64,000 bases of DNA from Candidatus Velthaea sp. (GCA_965214935.1 CBDCCS010000016.1:128001-192000); one strand, 5' to 3'; shown: positions 47,676-57,507, counted from the stretch's first letter. Program-made: numbers and translations. The notes: generated by a model from the sequence alone, not told the origin.

Positions 47676-48770
47676 TTACGCCGAGCGTTGTTCGGTCGCT
47701 AGCGCCATTTCCGGACGTAAGTTCCAATATGTGTCGCGAATAACGGGCCGAAAGCCGGCGCTGATTACCAGGCGCTCGAGTTCCGCGCGCGTTGCCTCAT
47801 TGGTCGAGCCCGCGTCGTGAACGACGCGCTCCTCGAGTATCGTCCCGCCCATGTCATCGCAGCCGTAAAAGAGCGCTAATTGCCCGAGTTTGAGCCCGGG
47901 AGTCAGCCAAGACGCCTGCAAGTGTGGAAAGTTATCGAGAAATAATCGCGCGATCGCCAACACACGCATGTATGCCAGCGAGCTTGCCTCGCGCCCGCGC
48001 AACGGCGTCTTGAACGGGACGTAGTACCACGGGATGAACGCCGTAAAACCGTGCGTTTCATCTTGCAGATCGCGTAAGACCGACATGTGCTCGACCCGTT
48101 CGGCGTCGGTTTCAATCGACCCGAACATCATGGTCGCCGTCGTCGGCATCCCAAGCTGCTGCGCATCGCGCATCACGCCAAGCCACTCATCCGGTTTAAC
48201 TTTACGGGCGCTGATGCGCTTACGCACGCGCTCGACGAGGATCTCGGCGCCTGCGCCCGGCAGCGATTTGAGGCCGGCCGCCTGCAACCGCGCCAACACA
48301 TCGCGCGGCGTCATTGCCTCAATTTGCGCTAAGCCTGTAATTTCCGACACCGAAAGCGAGTGAATATCAACGTGCGGATACTCGAAACCGATCCGCCGGA
48401 ATAAACGCTCGAACCATTCGATACGCAACTCGGGATTGACGCCGCCTTGAATCATGATCTGCGTCGCGCCTTTTGAGGCGGCAAAGTCGACGCGCTCGAG
48501 CACCTTGTCATGCGACATCGTGTAACCTTCGCCGTGCTTCTCCGGCCGAAAGAACGCGCAAAAGGTGCAGTGAACGTTACACACGTTCGTGTAATTGATC
48601 GTCGTATCGATCACGTAGGTGACGTCGGTAGTCGGATATAGCTGCATGCGCCGTCCATGCGCCGCAGCGCCGAGCTCGTGCAGCGGGGCCTCGCGATACA
48701 GCCGTATACCTTCATCAAGCGTCAGACGCCCGCCGGTGGCCGCCCGATCGAGCGCATCAGCGAGCGGCAT
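47676..48770 (-). CDS. mqnC: Cyclic dehypoxanthinyl futalosine synthase (radical SAM)
   Basis: INYTNVCNVHCTFCAF, QGGVNP, PGAGAEIL, TTATMMFG, DDMGGTILEE. Adjacent to mqnA. Confidence 0.88.
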   Translation of the reverse strand: MPLADALDRAATGGRLTLDEGIRLYREAPLHELGAAAHGRRMQLYPTTDVTYVIDTTINYTNVCNVHCTFCAFFRPEKHGEGYTMSHDKVLERVDFAASKGATQIMIQGGVNPELRIEWFERLFRRIGFEYPHVDIHSLSVSEITGLAQIEAMTPRDVLARLQAAGLKSLPGAGAEILVERVRKRISARKVKPDEWLGVMRDAQQLGMPTTATMMFGSIETDAERVEHMSVLRDLQDETHGFTAFIPWYYVPFKTPLRGREASSLAYMRVLAIARLFLDNFPHLQASWLTPGLKLGQLALFYGCDDMGGTILEERVVHDAGSTNEATRAELERLVISAGFRPVIRDTYWNLRPEMALATEQRSA

Positions 48771-49566
48771 GTAACGTCTCCAATTGCGCGAGCTCGACCT
48801 CGAACCGTGCGAGTCCGGCGCGCGCCTCGGTATCGAGCCGGTAGTGCAACGTCTTGTAATACATCTCGTAGAAGGCTCGCGGCTGCGGTCGCTGCGCGAC
48901 TGCAGCATCGATCACTTCGGGCCGATGCGAATTGCCCCAAGCGCGAGCATCACGGTAAGCGGAAACAATTCTTTCGACATCGTCCGGCCGTGTTCGCGCA
49001 ACATCCCGACGCACCGCCCAAACTGCGAATACCATTGGCAGCTTCGTCCATGCGTACCAGGCCGTACCAAGGTCGTACACCCACGCCAAGGGCACGTGCT
49101 CGCGAATAGCCACGGCCGCATCGCCGATCAAAAGCGTCGGCCGCCCGAGCATCGCTTCCTGCGCCGGCGCCGTACTCACCGCAAACGTTGCATCGACGCC
49201 GTATTTGCCGCGCAGCACGCATTCGAGCAGCGCTCTGCCGCTGGCCGAATCGGCCGTAACGGCAATCGAAGCGCGACCAAGTTGTGCCGGCGGCTGTGCT
49301 GAGACGAGCAACACGGAAAGGACCTCACCGCGCGAAACGATGGCAACATCGCCGCACAGCATAAGCTCGTCTTGGTTGCGTAGAAAGTGCGCGGCGCTGA
49401 CCGGACTGATATCGAGTCGGCCGCTGGAAAGCTGTGCATTGAGCACGTTGGGCGCCGCACTCGTTACGACCCCGTCGCGAACCACGGCACCACGATCGAA
49501 TGCCGTTTCGATCGGTGCCACGTTGGTGTACGCGATGCGTCCGAGACGTAACGGCAGCTTAGACAC
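48757..49566 (-). CDS. mqnA: Chorismate dehydratase
   Basis: LGRIAYTN, GEVLSV, LLIGD.A, DLG..W..WT.LPMVFAVW. Confidence 0.9.
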   Translation of the reverse strand: MSKLPLRLGRIAYTNVAPIETAFDRGAVVRDGVVTSAAPNVLNAQLSSGRLDISPVSAAHFLRNQDELMLCGDVAIVSRGEVLSVLLVSAQPPAQLGRASIAVTADSASGRALLECVLRGKYGVDATFAVSTAPAQEAMLGRPTLLIGDAAVAIREHVPLAWVYDLGTAWYAWTKLPMVFAVWAVRRDVARTRPDDVERIVSAYRDARAWGNSHRPEVIDAAVAQRPQPRAFYEMYYKTLHYRLDTEARAGLARFEVELAQLETLHAAR

Positions 49567-50704
49567 CGGCGCCGACGAGCTCCGGAGTCGCAGATTCACC
49601 GGGCGGTGCCCAATCGTGAGCGAACGTCTCGTACGTCGAGTTACGCCGCACCGGCACGTAGTTCGCTTCTTCGATCAGACGGCGAAATTCCCGATCGTCC
49701 ACATACTGACCGGATTGCGTACCGGAGCTGTGATAAATACGTTCCTCGTCGGTCGAACCATGCGTTCCATCCATGTCGTCGGCGCCGTACTCGAGCGCAA
49801 GCTGACAGATCTTGAGACCCTGAATCATCCAGTACGCTTTAATGTGATCGAAATTATTGAGCATGAGCCGCGAGACGGCGAACATGCGGATATCGTCAAG
49901 ACCGGTTGTCCAGCCGTGATGGCTCAGCGCATTACCGTCAGGATGAAATGCAAGCGGGATGAAAGCATTGAAGCCGGGCGAGCGTTGTTGCGATTCACGC
50001 AACATGATCAGATGTTCGACGCGTTCTTCAAGCGTCTCGATCGTGCCGTACAGCATCGTTGCATTTGAGGCAACGCCGTGACGATGCGCTACTTCATGCA
50101 CCTCGAGCCAGTGCGCTGCGTCGACTTTGTTCGGGCAAACCAACGCGCGAAAGCGCGCTGAAAAGATTTCCGCACCGCCGCCGTTGATATTATCAAGCCC
50201 CGCTTCGCGCAACTCGGCAAGTATCTGATCGTAGCTCAGGCGATGACGCCGGGCAAGATAATCGATCTCCGCCGAAGTGAAAAACGAAAGTTGCGCGTGC
50301 GGGACAAGCTGCTTGAAGCGCCGCATGACGGGCAGCCAATAGTCAAGCGAAAGCTGTCGCGGATCGTGGCCGCCCACGATGTGTATCTGGTTAAAGTTCC
50401 GCCCGGTCTCGAGTGCTTTCGCGATCACCTCATCGGCCGACATCCGAATCGCGCCGTCTTCTTTCTCGCCCTTGGCAAACGAGCAGAACCGGCAATTCGC
50501 GTAGCAGACATTGGTCGAGTTAATATATCGATTGAGAACGTAGTAGACGTTCTTGCCGCTTTTTCGTTCTTTGACGGTCTTCGCCAGGCGCCCGAGATTG
50601 TGCAGATCGGGCGTCCGGAACAGCGTCAGACCGTCATCGGCGGAGAGCGGAATGCCTTCATCAAGCTTGTGTTCGATTGCGCGCAGCGCCGGATCGGTGA
50701 CCAT
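49559..50704 (-). CDS. mqnE: Aminofutalosine synthase (radical SAM)
   Basis: TNVCYANCRFCSF, HIVGG, GGGAEIF, SNATMLYG, NFDHIKAYW, GADDMDGT. Confidence 0.88.
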   Translation of the reverse strand: MVTDPALRAIEHKLDEGIPLSADDGLTLFRTPDLHNLGRLAKTVKERKSGKNVYYVLNRYINSTNVCYANCRFCSFAKGEKEDGAIRMSADEVIAKALETGRNFNQIHIVGGHDPRQLSLDYWLPVMRRFKQLVPHAQLSFFTSAEIDYLARRHRLSYDQILAELREAGLDNINGGGAEIFSARFRALVCPNKVDAAHWLEVHEVAHRHGVASNATMLYGTIETLEERVEHLIMLRESQQRSPGFNAFIPLAFHPDGNALSHHGWTTGLDDIRMFAVSRLMLNNFDHIKAYWMIQGLKICQLALEYGADDMDGTHGSTDEERIYHSSGTQSGQYVDDREFRRLIEEANYVPVRRNSTYETFAHDWAPPGESATPELVGAGV

Positions 50705-50764
50705 ACAAAGATAGACTATCCCACGAATGGCGAGGTTTCGTGCACTTTTCCGTTAGCGGCCGGT

Positions 50765-50798
50765 AGCAGCGGGCGTTCGGGCGCGAACGCTCGCTGCT
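50765..50798. terminator. 15-bp hairpin between lipoprotein gene and mqnE
   Basis: AGCAGCGGGCGTTCG-ggcg-CGAACGCTCGCTGCT. Confidence 0.6.
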
Positions 50799-50824
50799 TG
50801 TTCCTGGCTCAATCGGAGACCCGC

Positions 50825-52144
50825 TCAGCGACGGTAGCGGGTCTGCAGGACGCTGCGTTTATGAGTAGCGATGCGGATCAGGCCGCCGGCGGCCGGTTGT
50901 GCGTACGTTGCGGCTGACGATATCGTTATATCGGTCTGGCCCGCGGCTCCTAAAAGGACCGGCCGCGGGTTACCGCTGCTGTTTGGATATGAAGCTTCAT
51001 AGGCCGGGTAATCAAAGCCGATTAGTTGAACCGTGAATTGGTCGCCATCGGTCGGCGCGCTATTCGCAGTCGTGTTTTGAGCGCTCGTGCAAAGCGACGG
51101 AGCGCCCCCGTTGCCGGAAGTTGGTCCGAGAGTTGCGGTTCCGGACGCCGTGACAAAGATCGTATAGTAGACCGGGAACGCGTTACACCCGGGTACCGCC
51201 GGCAGACCGGAAGCCGCCGTCGGCTGTGGTGGCCCAATGTCGGTAACCTGCACATAGCCCTCCGTTACACCGGCCGGAAGTGCAACGGCGAAAGATCCGC
51301 CGCCCGTGCCGTCGAGCGTTGGAACGGGCGGCGTCGCAGCAGGTAGCAACGCTGTTGATTTTAAGCTGAATATGGCCGGAGCCGGAGCCACATTTCCGGC
51401 ACTCGTCCCCAAACTTGGCGCGCTTAGCGTGTATGCCGACGCCGTTGAAGGCACCACATTCGCCAGGACATCTAAGCCTTCGCTAATACCAAGCGTGCCG
51501 CCCGGAACGACGCTTCCATCACGAACGCCTTGACCGTCGCGGTTCGGATCGAACGCCGGCGGTCCGCCCCACGGCACAAATGTATTGGCATCGGCGGCAA
51601 GCGAGTCGTACAACGGAACCGGATATGGGGTGACGGTTGCCGGAGTGCCGTTTTGATTATTATAGTTGAACGGCTCGATACCGAGGCCGGAGACTCCACC
51701 CGAGGTTCCAAGTGACGTGACCGCCGTACCGCCCTGCGGCGTAGCTGTAATCGTTGCCGTGCCGATTTCGGTCGGTGCGGGACCGGACAACACCGTCGAA
51801 AGCGCGTCCAGTGTCGATGATTTACCGGCGGCCGCGGCAAGCGTAAAGGGCCCTGTGAGCGACGGCGTATCTACAAGAATACTATCGCCGACCGCGAACG
51901 AGCCGGGACCCTGACGATAGGTTGCAACGACATTCGTGCCGGTAAAGCTATTTCCGGTTCCCGCAATGTCGCCGTAAATATTCGCCGTCCCGACGGCGAG
52001 TTGTAATACGTTCGCTGCAACATTGTCTTGGCTCACCGATCGAGGTGATGTACCGGACCCGCTGCAAGCAGCGAGTCCGACGAACAACACCGTGCTACCA
52101 GTAAGTCCTGCGACTCGAGCGCAGCGCAATCTCAAATAGGACAA
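50825..52144 (-). CDS. Hypothetical lipoprotein
   Basis: Lipobox LAAC followed by SGSG. Thr/Gly/Pro-rich beta-type sequence. Starts 5 nt after the TBDR stop. Confidence 0.8.
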   Translation of the reverse strand: MSYLRLRCARVAGLTGSTVLFVGLAACSGSGTSPRSVSQDNVAANVLQLAVGTANIYGDIAGTGNSFTGTNVVATYRQGPGSFAVGDSILVDTPSLTGPFTLAAAAGKSSTLDALSTVLSGPAPTEIGTATITATPQGGTAVTSLGTSGGVSGLGIEPFNYNNQNGTPATVTPYPVPLYDSLAADANTFVPWGGPPAFDPNRDGQGVRDGSVVPGGTLGISEGLDVLANVVPSTASAYTLSAPSLGTSAGNVAPAPAIFSLKSTALLPAATPPVPTLDGTGGGSFAVALPAGVTEGYVQVTDIGPPQPTAASGLPAVPGCNAFPVYYTIFVTASGTATLGPTSGNGGAPSLCTSAQNTTANSAPTDGDQFTVQLIGFDYPAYEASYPNSSGNPRPVLLGAAGQTDITISSAATYAQPAAGGLIRIATHKRSVLQTRYRR

Positions 52145-52149
52145 TTCGT

Positions 52150-55100
52150 TTAGAGCCTCAACTGGTAGTAAGCTTGCAACGCCATCGGGCGGTTCGGCGA
52201 ATTAATGCTCGGAAGTAAGACGTAGGCGCCGTTTGTGAACGCATAGGTATCCTTGGGAATGTTTGCGTAGGCCGGAGATACCAGGCCCTGCGAGCCGCCC
52301 GGATTAACGCCCGTAAGTGCACCGGAAACGCCGTTTGCAACCGGCTGATAATATGAATTGATCGACGGCACGATACCGTTGTACCAGTTGCCGAACAGAT
52401 TGAGAATCTGCAGTCCGACGGTGCTACGCCCCTGCGTGTACTCGAAGGTAACATTTGCTGAAAAGTTCGGCACATACAGATCGCCGCCCGAATTCGGCGA
52501 ATTGCCGACGCCGCGTGTTGCAGCGATGTTCGGGTGCAAGGCGTTTCCGGCAAACGCAGGATCGAAATATTGGGTAGACGAGTTTGTGCCACCCGTTCCT
52601 TGGAAGCCCGGAACCTGCGATTCACCGATTCCGAAGTTTACCTGCGGCACGTTTGCAAACTGCCCGTTTGCCAACTGCGCCGTTGAAGCGACGGTCGTGC
52701 CGACGTTGTACGGAAACCCGCGATCGTACTGGAGAATCGGCGTGATCTTCAGCCCATTATGCGTTTTATAACTTCCGCCGACGCGCAGACTGAACGGGGA
52801 CACGTACGCCGCGCGATAGGTATCACCCAGCGCAAGCGAGCCCGATCCGTTGATCGGCAAACCGTCCTCTCCACCGATTAACGGTGGAGTTGATGCGAAT
52901 ACGTTCTGATACGTTGCGGTCAAAAAGCCGGAGAAACCGGTTCGGACATCGGGAGACGTTAGCCCGAGTTCGACACCGGTGGTGCGATTTACACCAAGAT
53001 TGTTCACGGTGAAAACAGCGGCACCGCCGGTAAGGAGGCTAGGAACTAAAGCAAACGACGGCAGACTGGTGCCGGTTTTTACGAACGGCGTGAGTTTGAG
53101 ACCGATTCCGTTCGCAAATTGATGCGAGTAGGTGAAATCGTAGTTGCTATAAATCGACGGCAACCCGCCGCCGAGATCCGGAGCGTCGAAATTCTGGTCG
53201 TACAGCCAGTAAATTTCTTGCGCGTAATTTGCGCAAGGAAACAAACCGAGCGGATTCGCCGCGGTAAAATGCGCCGCATTTTTCGTGCTACCGCAAAGCG
53301 ACCCGGGTTGCGCGGGAACCTTCAAGAAAGGGCCGGTGTTATACAACGCCGCGGGCGTACCGGCGGTCTGAGCGTTGAGGAAAATAGCCGATCGGCCGTA
53401 GCCGAAACGCACCGAATCATTTCGCCCGAACTCGTATGAAATCGCACCACGCGGTTCAGTTTCATGCGGTTTTATGAATTGATTCGCGAGTGTCGACGGG
53501 TTAACGTCCGAGGGATTTCCCGCATCGAGCGGATTGCTATTGTACTGATTATCCCCGTAATGTTGGATTTGATAATCGACCCGAACGCCGAGATCCAATG
53601 CCAGCTTGGCAGTCGGACGATATTGCTCGCGCAGGCCGACCCCATAGGTCTGGAACCAAGCATTGTTATAGTTGATGCCCGACACGGGAAAGCGCGGTAC
53701 GCCACCTGGAAAATATGCGCTTAGATAGCCGCCTGGCAAGAAATCGGCGTAACTCGGCGAGTTAGGCGAGTTGGCGAGCGTAACGCCGAGGACTGCTAGC
53801 CCAAGGGCATTGTTCGGCTCGTATTCATTCCAAATCGGATGAGAGGTTTCGTACTTTCCCTGAAGCGTAACGGTATTCTTATCACCGAATTGCCGAGTCA
53901 ACTCAGCCGTCACGCCGACGCGCGGACCACCGACTTGCGACCACCCGGGATACAAGTTACCAAAATTGAGGGTACTATTGCCGGTAATCGCTTGCGACAG
54001 CTGCAGCGTTTCCCAATTGTAATAACGGACCTGAAGGAAGGTGTTCGAGTTGATGTTATTATCGTACTCGAACTTGAGAAAACGCGTGGGATTGTTTGCA
54101 ATCTGCTCGGCACCGTTCACGTTTTGCTGGCCGTTATAATACGGCGTATAACCGACGATATTTTGATACGCGTTGCCGGAGTTCGGGTAGATTATCGGTG
54201 CGAGCAAACCGATTAAATTTTGATTTGCATCATACGGATAGTATTTTAGACCGGTGGTTCCGCCGTTATTCCCGTAGTCTTGTATGTTTTGATTTGCATA
54301 AAGTACTTGCAGCGATTGATTGCTGCCCTTGCCGAACTTGAAGATAAAGTTGTTGACAAAATTATCGCTAGCTTGATAAGACGTTTGGTAGAACGTATTG
54401 TATTGTGCCGAATTTGCGCCCGAATACCCGAAGTACGGATTCGTACGTTGCCCGTTATACGCAACATAGTCGGAAATCCGGCCGTTGGGCGTTGCAATGC
54501 CGTATTCAAACGCTCCCTGATGAAAGTAATTCGGCGAACCGATTTCGCCGTCGACGAAGCCGAAACCAGGATAGGTTCCGCGTTTGGGAATCAAGTTGAC
54601 GACGCCGGATCCGCTCTGACTCTGCGTTGCATCGCCCGCGCCTTCGACGACTTGCAGCGAACCGATACCATTGAATCGGCTCTGCGAAGCATTGCCCGAG
54701 AAGAACGGCTCGGTGAAATCCACACCATCGAACTGATAGCCGACCTCCGTAGTAAGACCGCCGCGGATCGTCAACGCTCCGGTATTCGTGAGCGTAACAC
54801 CGGGAACTGCGAGCGCAAGATCGTTTTCATTCGTCGAAGCTTCCTTGCCGACGGTCTGTGTTATCCGATCGCCGCTCACCGTATATGAATCGACCGTCTG
54901 ATTGGGTTGAAAGACCGAGTTCGCCGAGCGCGAACGGACGTTACCGATCGTCTTAAGCGCCGACGTTTTCTGCGCGGTAACCGTCCCGACGTTGATCGTC
55001 TGATCGCCGCCGACGGTAAGCCCGCTGACCGTCACTGTTTGAAAACCCTGTGCGGTCGCAGTCAGCACATATGTGTCGACCTGGATGCCGACAATCTGGA

Positions 55101-55335
55101 AACGCCCGCTCGAATCAGTTCGGCCGGTGTACGTTCCGGTCGGTGAAGCTAGGCGAATCGTGGCCCCCGCGACCGGTGCCCGCGAAGCTTGGTCGACAAT
55201 GGTGCCTTGTACGTTTCCCGTTTGACCACCGGCCGCCAACGCGGGCCCGACGCTCGAAGCAAGGAAACAAAACAAGATCATGGTCGCAGTAAGCAGCCGG
55301 CTCAACGGTCCGAACGTTCGGACGGATAATGTCAT
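52150..55335 (-). CDS. TonB-dependent receptor-like outer-membrane protein
   Basis: Signal peptide, carboxypeptidase-regulatory-like N-domain (GNVQGTIVD..PVAGATI), plug (VPGVT..IRGG..YQFDG), amphipathic strands, C-terminal YYQLRL. Confidence 0.82.
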   Translation of the reverse strand: MTLSVRTFGPLSRLLTATMILFCFLASSVGPALAAGGQTGNVQGTIVDQASRAPVAGATIRLASPTGTYTGRTDSSGRFQIVGIQVDTYVLTATAQGFQTVTVSGLTVGGDQTINVGTVTAQKTSALKTIGNVRSRSANSVFQPNQTVDSYTVSGDRITQTVGKEASTNENDLALAVPGVTLTNTGALTIRGGLTTEVGYQFDGVDFTEPFFSGNASQSRFNGIGSLQVVEGAGDATQSQSGSGVVNLIPKRGTYPGFGFVDGEIGSPNYFHQGAFEYGIATPNGRISDYVAYNGQRTNPYFGYSGANSAQYNTFYQTSYQASDNFVNNFIFKFGKGSNQSLQVLYANQNIQDYGNNGGTTGLKYYPYDANQNLIGLLAPIIYPNSGNAYQNIVGYTPYYNGQQNVNGAEQIANNPTRFLKFEYDNNINSNTFLQVRYYNWETLQLSQAITGNSTLNFGNLYPGWSQVGGPRVGVTAELTRQFGDKNTVTLQGKYETSHPIWNEYEPNNALGLAVLGVTLANSPNSPSYADFLPGGYLSAYFPGGVPRFPVSGINYNNAWFQTYGVGLREQYRPTAKLALDLGVRVDYQIQHYGDNQYNSNPLDAGNPSDVNPSTLANQFIKPHETEPRGAISYEFGRNDSVRFGYGRSAIFLNAQTAGTPAALYNTGPFLKVPAQPGSLCGSTKNAAHFTAANPLGLFPCANYAQEIYWLYDQNFDAPDLGGGLPSIYSNYDFTYSHQFANGIGLKLTPFVKTGTSLPSFALVPSLLTGGAAVFTVNNLGVNRTTGVELGLTSPDVRTGFSGFLTATYQNVFASTPPLIGGEDGLPINGSGSLALGDTYRAAYVSPFSLRVGGSYKTHNGLKITPILQYDRGFPYNVGTTVASTAQLANGQFANVPQVNFGIGESQVPGFQGTGGTNSSTQYFDPAFAGNALHPNIAATRGVGNSPNSGGDLYVPNFSANVTFEYTQGRSTVGLQILNLFGNWYNGIVPSINSYYQPVANGVSGALTGVNPGGSQGLVSPAYANIPKDTYAFTNGAYVLLPSINSPNRPMALQAYYQLRL

Positions 55336-55715
55336 GCAGCGCCTTTCGCATGAACGAGAAGTGAAGTAGAACAGCGTTTAACCGACTGAGACGGTAATAC
55401 TAAAAAGACGCGCATCTCAGCGTGGCACGCGCATCCGAGTTTGCTCGCCTTGCCGATCGGGTCCTTTAACACCACCTTAATACAAATGGCCCTCATACGG
55501 CGGTAAATTCAAGCCGGATTGTACAGTTCACACAGAAACAGTACATAAGTTTCAAGCAGACTTTCGCACGAACATAGTTGGTCGACAGTACGCAACCTAG
55601 TAGTCTTTATAAACGAGCTAGACGCCGATCGTCGCGATTTTGCAAACGTTCGCCGTCGGCCGTCCCGCACGACGACAAAGCAATCACCGACAGCGTGGCG
55701 GAGCAGCGTAATTGC

Positions 55716-56333
55716 TTACAGACGCGCGGTACTTAACGTTCGCATGCGCGATGCTGCGAGCACGGCGACGACGGCGCTCATTAACGTATCGAGCCACCAA
55801 GCCGCTGCAAACAGATGGACGATCAGCGCGCCGACCGTGAGAACGCTGACGCCGATATAGAAAGTATCGTCGCATAGACTTTCAAACAGCGAGCGCAACG
55901 GCTGACGCTGCAGCAACCGGTACTTCGTTTCGACGACGATCGTTGAAGCGACGATCGCTACGACTGCGGCGCTAAGCCCGAGGTAGGAACTCGGATCGGT
56001 CTCGTGACGCGGAACCGAGAGATCGAGCACGCCGTTCGTAAGCGCGTACGAGCCGACTCCGGCGTAGCACGCCAGACTCACGACGCGTGACACTCTGTCG
56101 CTGCGCTGCCAATCAAAGAGTAGACCCATGCTCAGCACGGAGTAGCGTGCACAGCGCAGGGCGGCCGACGCAGCTGTGATGATGCTCAGCGTTGAAAACT
56201 CGTAAAGGGCGGTAGATTGCAACTGAGCGCCGGCGGAAGCGCTAACGACTGCGACGGCACTCGCAATCAATACGACGAGCATCTCGAGAATGGCGGGACG
56301 AACGAAGGCGTGGGCGGTACGGCGACTCCTCAT
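55716..56333 (-). CDS. Membrane protein resembling divergent CDF/TMEM163-like cation transporters
   Basis: About 6 TMs, AG..L.S.AL..F, P..S.LG, AWWLD pattern (recognised by eye). Start uncertain. Confidence 0.5.
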   Translation of the reverse strand: MRSRRTAHAFVRPAILEMLVVLIASAVAVVSASAGAQLQSTALYEFSTLSIITAASAALRCARYSVLSMGLLFDWQRSDRVSRVVSLACYAGVGSYALTNGVLDLSVPRHETDPSSYLGLSAAVVAIVASTIVVETKYRLLQRQPLRSLFESLCDDTFYIGVSVLTVGALIVHLFAAAWWLDTLMSAVVAVLAASRMRTLSTARL

Positions 56334-56412
56334 TTCGGCAGCATTACTTGCCGAGTGCGCAGCAGGCCTCGCGTCGCTGTCCAACCACATCGAATCGCGC
56401 GACGCTTTTCGG

Positions 56413-57507
56413 ATGGGATACGGATCTTCATTGGCATCATCGTCGCCTTTCGGTTTCCCCGTCGATCGCCGGCCCGCGCGCGACCGGATCGCGCATCCGA
56501 CGTGTTACGTACATATCGGAACGCATAAGACCGGCACGACGGCATTGCAGCAGTTTCTGCGCGACAACGCCGGGGCGCTGCGCACCGCCGGCGTGTTGAT
56601 TCCGCAAGCCGGCCGGCCCGCGGGCAGCGACGGCCACCACAATATCGCTTGGCAACTCAGCGGCGACCGAAGATTTTCGGCCGACGATGGAACGCTTGCC
56701 GACCTCATCGAAGAGGTCAGGACCGTCGGCGCTCCGGCCGTCTGCATCAGTTCCGAAGATTTCGAGTACCTCGGAGCGGAACCGGCGGCGTTGCAGCAAT
56801 TGCGATTCGCATTCGAGCGGATCGGCTACAACGTAGCCGCCGTCATTTATCTCCGCCCGCAAGCTGAATACGCCGAATCGCTCTACGCCGAACTTCTCAA
56901 CCACGGGTACGCACGGTCCTTTGAAGCGTACCTCGAGTCGCTGCTCACCGATGGTGCCGTAGCATTCGGTCGTTGGCGTTTTGTTTTTGATTACGATCTG
57001 TTAGTGGGCACGTTCGCCGCGATTTTCGGACCGGAACGTCTCATCGTTCGGCCGTATCTAAGCCGCCGAATCTTCGGCTCGCTCAGCGACGATTTGTTGC
57101 GGACGCTTTGCGGCGCGAATACGAGCCGCCTACTTTTAAAGCATCGCGAACGGCGATTAAACGCGGGTCCGAGCTTTGCTGCAGTCGTGCGCCGGTACCG
57201 TCAAAATCTCCAAGCCGCCGGCTATGGCGGAAAGCTCGTCCTTCAGAACCTGCCCGCCGGTCGTCGCCGCTTCGATCCGCTGCGTTTAGCGGATGTCGAA
57301 CGCATCGCACGCCGCTTCGCTGCCGGAAATCAGCGTATCTTTCGGCGCTACGGCGTTTCGATCGCTTGCATCACCCGTCATCAATTATTGGCCGACGTCA
57401 TTGCAGCGCTCGGGTTTGGGCGCGGCGCGCGAAATTTGAGCGATCTCTTCGCTGTCGAACCGGGCGAAGGTGCACTCGATCGGCGAGCAGCGGTCACGAC
57501 CGGCTGA
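56413..57507 (+). CDS. Sulfotransferase-fold / P-loop protein
   Basis: VHIGTHKTGTTALQ, ISSEDF, IYLRPQ..Y.ES.Y. Start uncertain. Confidence 0.7.
   Translation: MGYGSSLASSSPFGFPVDRRPARDRIAHPTCYVHIGTHKTGTTALQQFLRDNAGALRTAGVLIPQAGRPAGSDGHHNIAWQLSGDRRFSADDGTLADLIEEVRTVGAPAVCISSEDFEYLGAEPAALQQLRFAFERIGYNVAAVIYLRPQAEYAESLYAELLNHGYARSFEAYLESLLTDGAVAFGRWRFVFDYDLLVGTFAAIFGPERLIVRPYLSRRIFGSLSDDLLRTLCGANTSRLLLKHRERRLNAGPSFAAVVRRYRQNLQAAGYGGKLVLQNLPAGRRRFDPLRLADVERIARRFAAGNQRIFRRYGVSIACITRHQLLADVIAALGFGRGARNLSDLFAVEPGEGALDRRAAVTTG

Noticed and set aside
55336..55715. Cobalamin or c-di-GMP riboswitch ahead of the TBDR
   Set aside because: Conserved cores (B12 box, GEMM motif) not found on the - strand.
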